Positions 6,993 to 15,700 of a stretch of DNA of 64,000 nucleotides are shown piece by piece. Positions within the stretch are counted from its first letter, which is position 1; each line of letters starts with the position of its first letter. The position numbers and the translations under genes are program-made. This DNA comes from an uncultured Haloferula sp. (lineage in GTDB: Bacteria > Verrucomicrobiota > Verrucomicrobiia > Verrucomicrobiales > Akkermansiaceae): NCBI GenBank assembly GCA_965652295.1, contig CBFGTS010000002.1, positions 32,001 to 96,000 of the forward strand, written 5' to 3'. The notes beneath the pieces are model-generated. The model searched no databases. It was not told where the DNA came from and worked only from the letters and a program-made list of their open reading frames with translations.

Positions 6993-9900
6993 ATGGCCCA
7001 AGTCATTCCCATCGGACAACCGGAGAACGACCCCGAGCGCAAGGTCATCGCACTGCTGCGTGACGGCCTACCCGACGACTATCGGGTGGTGCATAACTTC
7101 GAGCTTCGGGGCGAAGGTGGCCAGTGGTTCGAAATCGACGTGGCAGTGGTCGCTCCCCACGCCGTTTACCTCATCGACGTTAAATCGACCTACGGGGAGA
7201 TTCATGTGGCGGGCGGCAAGTGGCACCCGGAAGGAAGGACGCCATATGCTTCACCACTAGCCAAGCTGCGGCAGCACGCGAGGGTCTTTCATGGCATGTT
7301 AGCAGACGCAGCCGGCCCCGGGTCGCAGGGCCTTCGGCACGTTTGGAGTGAAGCCCTGATCATCCTGACAAATCCCAGTGCCGTGCTCCGCGACCCGGAA
7401 GGGCGGGATCGCGATCAAGTGTCCCACATCGACAAGGCGATCCAGCACCTGCGCGATCCGTCCCGGCTTCCGCAGGTCCACTTCACCCGAGAGTCAACCC
7501 AGCTCCATCTCGGAAAGATTCTGGCGATTTTCAGCGGCAAGAATGCCCGCCCCTCCCAGCAGTTGCCGCGTCTCGGCCTCTCCTGGCAGTGCGAGGAGCG
7601 GCTTACATCGAACGACTTCTACACCGAGTACCGTGCCAGAAACGCGACGGTCCAGACGGCCGAGCGGGTGATTCTTCGGCTCTACCGCGCCGACCCATAC
7701 AAGATGGCTGAGGAGCGGGAGGCGGAGCGGGTGCGCATCGCAAATGCCTACACGGCGCTGACGAAGCTTCCCCCGCACCCCTGCATCCCGGCCGCCCGGG
7801 ATTTCTTCCCGACGGAGCGCGAGGATGGCTACGTCTTGGTTCTCAATGATGCCCCCGGAAGCTCGCTCCGAGTCCACATTGCGAAGGCCCAACAGCAGCT
7901 GACCATGGATCAGAAGCTGAAGGTCGCCGAGGACCTGCTCAGTGCGCTGGCCCATTGCCATGCTCATGGCGTGATCCACCGGGGCGTTTCCCCGGACAGT
8001 ATTTTGCTCGGGCTCGATGGTAGGGCAAAGCTGATCGACTTCGACTTCGCCCGTCCGGGCGCTCCTCGGGAGCGCACCGTCGCTAGCGAAGTCGTCGCAG
8101 TCATCGATCACACCTATCTCGCACCGGAGCTGAAGGACAACGTCGCGAACGCAAGCGCGGCATCTGATGTCTATGCGGCCGGCGCAACCCTCTACGAACT
8201 ACTCACCGGCAAGCCGACCTTCAAGAGCCTGGAAGAAGGCATGAACGCGACCCACGTCTTCCCCGAGCGGGCGGGCGCGGTCATTGCAGACATGCCGGAG
8301 GGATTCGACGCGTGGCTGGAATCGCTCTGCCGGTTCGGTCCATCCGACCGCCCCGACGCCCACGATGCCCTCGCCGGTTTTCGAGTGCTTTTTGCGCCAC
8401 CTGCGATTCCCGCTGAAGAGGAGGCCGAGTCCACGGAAACGCTGGTGCCGATCGACTACACCAATCTGCCAGCAAAGTTCGAACTGAAGAACCGGTTTCT
8501 CGTCGAGGCACCGCTCGGCAAGGGAGGATTCGGAAGGGTCTACAAAGTGGTGGACACCTACGCGGATGAGACCCGGGCATTGAAGATCATTACCCAGGAT
8601 CGTTCATCGACCCGCGAGCGGATGAAGCAGGAGTTCCGCGTCCTTACGAAACTCCCGGCCCATGAGAACGTGGTCAGGGTCTTCGATGGCGATTGCCTCG
8701 AAGGAGACACGATCCCCTACATCCTGATGGAATACGTCGAGGGCGAGTCTGCTCTCGACCTGATTGGCCGACGGAAGCTGTCTCTCGCCGAAACGATCCG
8801 CCTCGGCATCCAGGTGGCGCAGGGTTTGGACCACTGTCACCGGAACGGAGTCTCCCATGGAGACATCAAGCCGGACAACCTGCTCTGGACGCCGCAGGGT
8901 GAGGTGAAAATCATCGATTTCAATGTCTCCGTCAAAGATGGCGATGACCTCGCTAGAGAAGGTGGAACCTTGAAATACGTCCCGCCCGAAACCGATCGAT
9001 CCATACCCTCCACATCTCAAGAACGGTATGAGCGCGACGTGTATGCCCTCGGCGTCACCCTCTATGAGGCTGTCACAGGCATTTACCCCTGGGAGGGATC
9101 GAAATCTCCGCTGCTCGGCAAGGGCGCCAAAGATCCAAGGGAACTCAGTGGCTGCGAGGACTTGTCCGAATCTCTGGCAACCCTGCTAGTGAATGTTATT
9201 GCCCCGGAAACGAGTGACCGATTTTCGAGTGCTTCGGACCTAGCAAAGGCGCTGACCGAGATCCAGTCGACCCTCCGGAAGCCAGCTGTTCTACGGGCGC
9301 CGACGATGCCGGCGATCTCACTGCCTGTAGCCAGGCCGAATACGAACCCCTTCGTTTCCTATCTCCTCACGCTCTACAGCCAAAGCAAGCGAACCAATGC
9401 AGGCACGCGGGGTCTGAATGACATGGGCCGCGCCATCTACGTCGAGACCGCCCTGGACCGCGAGCTTCAGCCCGCCACGTTGCAGGGCCAGTTTCGCCTC
9501 GTATTGATCAGCGGAAATGCCGGAGACGGTAAGACCGCCTTTATTCAGCAAATCGAGGAGCTGATCCGGAAGAACGGTCGGATAGTGGAACCGATCGCCT
9601 CGGGGAATGGCTCCCGCTTCGAGTGGGAGGGTCGCAAGTTCGTAACCAACTACGACGGCAGCCAGGACGAGGGAGACAAGGTCAACGATCAGGTGTTGAA
9701 GGAGTTCTTCAAACCGTTTGCTGGTGATGATGCTTCAGCTTGGGCGGACGAGGAAACGCGGATCATTGCAATCAACGAGGGTCGCCTCATCGATTTCCTT
9801 GAGCAGTTCGGCGGGGAGTATCGTCATCTTCGCAACGTGATTCAGCGGGGTCTTGCCACCGCGGTGCCAGAAGACGGAGTCGCGGTCGTGAACCTCAACT

Positions 9901-11132
9901 TGCGAAGCGTCGTCGCTGACGGAAATCAGCCGTCGATTGTTTCGAGCTTGCTCCGCCGCCTTTCGGCTCCGGAGTTCTGGGAGCCATGCGAGCAGTGCGA
10001 CTTAAAGGACAAGTGCTACGTCTATCACAATGCTCGGACCTTCGCCAATGAAACGGCGGGCTCTCAGGTGATTGAGCGGATCGAACTGCTCTACCGATTG
10101 GTGATCCTCCGCGGGAAGCTTCACATCACCATGCGGGACCTTCGGTCTTCGCTGGCTTACATGCTGGCAGGCACCCGCGATTGCGATGCAATTCATGAGC
10201 TTCACCAGTCGGGCAGGCCTGGAGAGTTCTTGCAGGGGTTCTACTTCAATAGCTATTCAGCGGTCGGTGAGGACCAGCCCAAGGACCGTCTGCTCCGCTT
10301 ACTGAAAGAGATCGACGTCGCCAAGACCAACGATCCGAAACTGGATCGGGCCTTCGACTTTCACCCGCCGGACCCGGCCCCCGCGCTCATGGATTTCGAC
10401 TCGCGCGAGGGCTATGATAGGGACCTTCTGAAGTCCGTCTACGCCGACCTGCCGCTGGACTACACAGCGCGGGAGAACCCGATCAGGCTGGCTCTACACC
10501 GACGCTACGTCGAGATGCTGCGCCGACGCCATTTCTTCGAAGCTCGTGACAAAAGCTGGAAACGGCTGATTCCATACGACGCAGGCAGCAGGATGCTTGA
10601 GCTCTTGCAAGACAACCCGGACCCAGACGGTTCCGCCCTGAAAATCATTGCGGCAATCAATCACGGAGAAGGAATTTCCCGGACAAGTCGTTTAAAAGGC
10701 AAGTTGGCGCTCCAAGTGCGCCAGGTGGACTCCGGAGTTCTTCGGAGCTACCGCGTTTTCGACGCAAGCCACTTCACGCTTGTCGCTCAGGAGTCGGCCC
10801 ACGAATCCAGATACATCGAGCACTCACCGAGCGCGCTCCTCTTGCGCTACCGGAACCCGGATACAGACCTCACTGGGGAGCTTGTGATCAACCTCGATGT
10901 GTTCGAGATGCTTGACCGGCTCAATCGGGGCTACAGGCCTACGGTCGATGAGTTGCAAGGTTACTACCTCTCTCTGGCCGTCTTCAAGAACATCCTCGGA
11001 TCCGCACCCTATCAAGAGGTCCTCCTGACGCCAAACACCCGCGAGTTCTATTCCGTAGCCCGCCACTCAGATGCGAGCCTCAAGATTAGCCTGGCAGAAG
11101 ACCCCGCCGAATACCATGCCACAAAGAGCTAA
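6993..11132 (+). CDS. mad6: NERD nuclease + two Ser/Thr kinase-like domains + P-loop domain; MADS MAD6
   Basis: NERD EIDVAVV..YLIDVKS; kinase 1 IHRGVSPDSIL; kinase 2 LGKGGFGRVY/ALK/HGDIKPDN; P-loop SGNAGDGKT; CEQCDLKDKC. Confidence 0.88.
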   Translation: MAQVIPIGQPENDPERKVIALLRDGLPDDYRVVHNFELRGEGGQWFEIDVAVVAPHAVYLIDVKSTYGEIHVAGGKWHPEGRTPYASPLAKLRQHARVFHGMLADAAGPGSQGLRHVWSEALIILTNPSAVLRDPEGRDRDQVSHIDKAIQHLRDPSRLPQVHFTRESTQLHLGKILAIFSGKNARPSQQLPRLGLSWQCEERLTSNDFYTEYRARNATVQTAERVILRLYRADPYKMAEEREAERVRIANAYTALTKLPPHPCIPAARDFFPTEREDGYVLVLNDAPGSSLRVHIAKAQQQLTMDQKLKVAEDLLSALAHCHAHGVIHRGVSPDSILLGLDGRAKLIDFDFARPGAPRERTVASEVVAVIDHTYLAPELKDNVANASAASDVYAAGATLYELLTGKPTFKSLEEGMNATHVFPERAGAVIADMPEGFDAWLESLCRFGPSDRPDAHDALAGFRVLFAPPAIPAEEEAESTETLVPIDYTNLPAKFELKNRFLVEAPLGKGGFGRVYKVVDTYADETRALKIITQDRSSTRERMKQEFRVLTKLPAHENVVRVFDGDCLEGDTIPYILMEYVEGESALDLIGRRKLSLAETIRLGIQVAQGLDHCHRNGVSHGDIKPDNLLWTPQGEVKIIDFNVSVKDGDDLAREGGTLKYVPPETDRSIPSTSQERYERDVYALGVTLYEAVTGIYPWEGSKSPLLGKGAKDPRELSGCEDLSESLATLLVNVIAPETSDRFSSASDLAKALTEIQSTLRKPAVLRAPTMPAISLPVARPNTNPFVSYLLTLYSQSKRTNAGTRGLNDMGRAIYVETALDRELQPATLQGQFRLVLISGNAGDGKTAFIQQIEELIRKNGRIVEPIASGNGSRFEWEGRKFVTNYDGSQDEGDKVNDQVLKEFFKPFAGDDASAWADEETRIIAINEGRLIDFLEQFGGEYRHLRNVIQRGLATAVPEDGVAVVNLNLRSVVADGNQPSIVSSLLRRLSAPEFWEPCEQCDLKDKCYVYHNARTFANETAGSQVIERIELLYRLVILRGKLHITMRDLRSSLAYMLAGTRDCDAIHELHQSGRPGEFLQGFYFNSYSAVGEDQPKDRLLRLLKEIDVAKTNDPKLDRAFDFHPPDPAPALMDFDSREGYDRDLLKSVYADLPLDYTARENPIRLALHRRYVEMLRRRHFFEARDKSWKRLIPYDAGSRMLELLQDNPDPDGSALKIIAAINHGEGISRTSRLKGKLALQVRQVDSGVLRSYRVFDASHFTLVAQESAHESRYIEHSPSALLLRYRNPDTDLTGELVINLDVFEMLDRLNRGYRPTVDELQGYYLSLAVFKNILGSAPYQEVLLTPNTREFYSVARHSDASLKISLAEDPAEYHATKS

Positions 11133-12768
11133 AGATACTGCTTTCCGGCTACCCAAGGTGACGATCGTGGACTTCAAGTCCATTGAATTGGAGCGAACTC
11201 TCACCGCCCTGTTCGCGCGCATCTTCCACAATGGCCACGACAGCCGGTTGACCAAGCCGAACACCACAATCGAGGACTTCCGTGATCACATCCTTGAGCA
11301 ACCTGACCGGTTCCGGGACTTCGACAAGCATCCCGATGTGCTGCAAGGATGGCTGGAGGGCCATCTGCTCGACTTGGTGAATAGGGGTAAGCACAACCAG
11401 CAAGTAGCCGCTCCCCGACCGCTACACGGCTATACTTACCGGTTCCGAAACCCGAAACATTGCCGGGACTACGGCTCGGCCGAGCACCTCTACGAGATGC
11501 TTTGGCATGCCCGAAACGATCTCGGAAAACTCGCGATCAGCAGCCTCAAGCGCTTTTTTTTCGAGGGGGTCGACCCCAACACCCAGGAGCAAGATGCCGG
11601 GGTCAAGATCGACGTTGAGACCCAGGCGTTGTTGAGCCTGAGTCCTGGTCACATGCTGGAGGATGCGCCGGTCCACGGATCGCGAACGCCGACGCCCCCC
11701 CTGTGTATCGGGTCAGCCGATCTGCTAGCGGACGACATTCTAAGGTTGATGCAGTACCGGGCACGGATTCCCCGATCCGTGATGGTCGAGTACCTAAAGA
11801 TTCTCATTGGCTTTCACCTGGCGCTATACCACCTGCGTCTCTTGAAGCTTCTTCCAGAGATGGTGAAGAGGCAGGGCGTCGCGCCGAGCTGCGAAACAGG
11901 CCGATGCCCCGTCAAACCCGGAGCCGCCGAGTGTCCGTTCGGCGACTGTCCTTTCCAAATCGGGCTCTTCCTCGATGTGAAGAACCACCCGGGATCGGTT
12001 CCGGCGGCACTTGCCGAACGCAGCGCTGAGTTTCACTACCGAAGAATTCCGGGGTTCGTCAGATCCTACTACATGACGAAGAAGATGGATGAGTTTGCGT
12101 CGGATAGCTTGCGAATGGGCAAGCTGCCTGGCGGTGCTCAACGCCAGATGTCCGTACCAGAGGTGCTGGGCCTTCTGGCAGACAAGCACTCCAAAGACCG
12201 AGAACTCTACTTCCAAGCTCGGATGCTGAACATGCTTCCGGATTCGAGTAAGGACGACAGTTCGGAACCGGCGGAGTGGGAGCAGATCAGAAACCTCGGC
12301 CTCTCAGATCTTGAAACATTTGTTGAATGCCTGATGGCTCAGCGCGGCGAGTATCAGCGCCGCTTTATCGTGAAATGCCTCGATGCCTTCACCCTTAAGA
12401 ACCGCCCGGGTGCTTTGCTTGCTCAGGCTCGCTCTCCACGGGCACCCCGCCGATTCACCCTGGATAGCCGGCTGCTTGAGGTGCTGCTACAGATCAACGT
12501 TCTCGAATATAATTCAGACACCGGGCAATACCGGTCCGCTGAGATCCAGGTGGATAAGCTGCTGACAGTCCTGCAAAGGCGCTACGGGTTGTTCATCGAC
12601 CGCCTTCCTGTCGACGAGGGCTTTCAAGAGCCCACGATCGAGGAGCGTCAGGCGCTTCGCGAGAACAAAGAGGCGTTCAAGGAAAAGCTTCGGGAGATCG
12701 GGTTCTTCCAGGACCTATCGGACGCCTACATCACCCAGCACGTTCGCCCCCGGTATCAAATCGGATAA
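11116..12768 (+). CDS. mad7: MADS MAD7 (DndG/DptG-like, by inference)
   Basis: ATG at 11116 overlaps the mad6 end; 550 aa between the kinase and the large ATPase; C-terminus LREIGFFQDLSDAYITQHVRPRY. Confidence 0.75.
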   Translation: MPQRAKDTAFRLPKVTIVDFKSIELERTLTALFARIFHNGHDSRLTKPNTTIEDFRDHILEQPDRFRDFDKHPDVLQGWLEGHLLDLVNRGKHNQQVAAPRPLHGYTYRFRNPKHCRDYGSAEHLYEMLWHARNDLGKLAISSLKRFFFEGVDPNTQEQDAGVKIDVETQALLSLSPGHMLEDAPVHGSRTPTPPLCIGSADLLADDILRLMQYRARIPRSVMVEYLKILIGFHLALYHLRLLKLLPEMVKRQGVAPSCETGRCPVKPGAAECPFGDCPFQIGLFLDVKNHPGSVPAALAERSAEFHYRRIPGFVRSYYMTKKMDEFASDSLRMGKLPGGAQRQMSVPEVLGLLADKHSKDRELYFQARMLNMLPDSSKDDSSEPAEWEQIRNLGLSDLETFVECLMAQRGEYQRRFIVKCLDAFTLKNRPGALLAQARSPRAPRRFTLDSRLLEVLLQINVLEYNSDTGQYRSAEIQVDKLLTVLQRRYGLFIDRLPVDEGFQEPTIEERQALRENKEAFKEKLREIGFFQDLSDAYITQHVRPRYQIG

Positions 12769-12771
12769 CCC

Positions 12772-15700
12772 ATGGAAGCCACATTTCGCAGAATCAACTC
12801 AGACGACGTCGACAAACACCTCCAGCCGGTCTTGGAGGAAATGATCTCAGAGAGTCTGAGCACGCGACAGCCCGGACACTGCATGCGTGTTGGCAGCCTT
12901 TCCGGACCACTTATGGCCCGTCTCGCTGAAAGCTTGGTAGACCGATTCGACGGATCAGCCATGGTACACGTCCTTGGCACGCAGGAGGAGGCGGGGTCGT
13001 CCCCGCTATTCATTACCAGCAGTAAGCTGATCGAGCTTCGGAACCCGCTGCCCGACGGGACTCAGAGGCCACCATTGCTGGTATTCGTGCCCGATGATCT
13101 CCGAACATCGGCCGAGGATTCGTTCAGCGGTGCGACCTTTGAGCAGGTCGAATTGACCGACTCATACGCTGTGCTCAAGCAACGATTGCTGGAGGGAGTC
13201 CCGAACGGACTTCGATCCCAAGCGGAAGGCTGTATCAGAATTTTGGAGGAGCGCGCGTGGCCGATTGCCAATATGACCGGTGTTCTTCGATTTCTCCTGA
13301 GCATAAAGATCAACGGCTACGACGACGAAGTTCTTGGAGCCGCGCTTTGTGAGCTGGGGCTCATCCCCGATTTCAAGCTGCTTGAGGACCCTGCGATCGT
13401 GCAGAATCGGCTTTCAAAGAATCATGAATCCGCAAAGAACCTGCTTTTCTCGAATAGAAGCGTGGTGGGACGTGTCCTCGACCTGAAGATCGCCACGGAC
13501 AGTGTTCAGACAGCTCTGATTGGCTACTTGTCGGTAAATAATTTGGAGGACCCGGTAGCGTGGACTTCACAGCTTGCTTCGGATCCGCGTCTATACGGTT
13601 TGTCGTTTGACAAGTGGGGCACAGGAAGCAGTGAGGACTATGCCTACAATATTTTCGTCGAGGTAGTCTCCTTGGACCTCCCTGAAATCAAGAACGATGA
13701 GACGGATCCAAAACTCGGCCAGCTACCCCCGGGTCAGCGTGTGCTTGTCATAGGCGGAAGCGGCCCGCAGAAGTTTAAACTGAAGTTTAGGTGTTCGCCA
13801 GCGCCTTCGACAATCCCTGATCTGGATCACTTCAAGATCCAGATTGTGTCACGGGAGAATGGACCAACCGGCGCGGTGAAAAAGAAGAAGCGCTGGGAAG
13901 GAACCAGGCAGGAAGCCACCCAGAGTTTCACGAAAGTCCGCAGCCTCGATTGGGAAGAGGGCTGGCACTTCGTCCGGGTGCTCCCATATAACGCTGACGG
14001 AGACATTCTCCCGATCGTGAACGCGGCCGGCGAAGCCATTCCTGTTGTGGGCGAGGACGATGATGCCGAAACTCCTCACCAGAGCGATCTGTTCTACGTG
14101 ATCTGCGATGAGGAAGTGGAAATCGAGCTGCCTCAGCGTGCGGTGCCAAGGGTTCCATCTCTTCAACATGCCATTATCGGGAAGCTCTACGGCAATCTGG
14201 CGGACAGCTCGGGAGCAGAAGCTTCCGACCCTGTAAGGGTCAATTGGCAAGCTGCCGAGACGGGTTCCGACATGCTTGAGCTGGTGGAGTTCCGATTCCC
14301 AGGAGAAGGGGCAGTGAACATTCCATTGACCAGACCGCTACGGCAATTAGAGCAGGCGATACTCTCGAATCCCGGGGCAGTTGGACGCTGGAGCGTCTCT
14401 CTGAATCACGCCGATCGGGTAGAAATCTCGCCTGGGCCCGGTGAGATCGGAGGATCTGAGGTGTGTGATTCGTTTCTTGGCTCAAGAGGGAAGCTCTTCG
14501 AAATGATTCGAGGTGAAGACGAGCGTGGGCTGGTCGAACTCACTCAAATAGCGAGGATCGAAGAGACCGCACTGAACTATGCAGCCTCTTACTCGGAGTT
14601 GGTCGCACACGCGTTGCGCAGGGTGGAAATCGCGGGCCCAGACCAGCAGAAGCCGGCCCTGGAGGCACTCTCGGCAACGCTTGCAATCGACTCGGTGATC
14701 GTGAAGCTCACCGACTTCAAAGGTGGACGGCGGACCGGGTACTTGGTCGCGCCCACCCATCCGCTTCGGATGCTGTGGCTCGTGTGTTGGTCAAGACTAT
14801 CGGATGCCTGGGCCGATCAGCTTCGAAAAGGCAACCGGAACCAGGCTTCTTCGGTAAGGCAGGCACTTTTCGAATCGCTCGCGATGATCAACTTTCCCGC
14901 ATCGCTTGTCGGGCCGGCCGCGCGGATTCTTCAGTCTGTTGACAACATCCATCCATTGTGGACGGTCTACGCTGGCACCGATGAACTCGACCCGCGGGGA
15001 CTGGTTGCTGAATTATGCACGGCACTTTCGCTACCAGAGGCCCCGGTCGGTGGATTCTCGCTAAATGGTGAGTTTCTCGCTAATCGTCTGCGCCGCTATG
15101 TAATCCAACATCCCTACATCCAGACTCTCAGTCTGAACTGCTTCAACGCGGGCCGGGGTAAGATTCTCGCAGACGCTCTTCTCGCTCTACAAAAGAACGT
15201 CGACACCAAGAACCTTCGCTACGACCTCCGGCTATTTGTGGCGAATCCAGAGGCACCAGGGGTCGGCGACGACCTTTCCGAATTGATTTCTCCAAGCAGC
15301 AATTTGGCCGCGGCCGAAGCGGATGTTTTTGCGAGCCCAACCGGAGACCACCTCTCCCCCAAATTGACATTTTCGCTGAGGGGAATCTCGGAGTTCCAAG
15401 AACAGCCCTCTGAGTTCGGAGCCCACATCACCTTGTTGTTCGACGTCTTCCCCACACAAGCTGTAGGAACAAGGCCACCTGAGAACGCTGAGGATGCCGC
15501 TCCAATTCATGGATTGCTCCAAGACTTTTCGATCGTCTACGAGGAAGATGGCGACCGGGTTGCGTGGCACAAATCGCCACGTCATGGTGGCGCTATCCCT
15601 ATTCCCGATGCTGAGGAGCATTCGGATCTTCTTTCCGCTCTCGCCACGCAGCTCTCGACTGCCGCCGCGACGGTTGCAACCGGTCAGGCAGGAACGGCGC

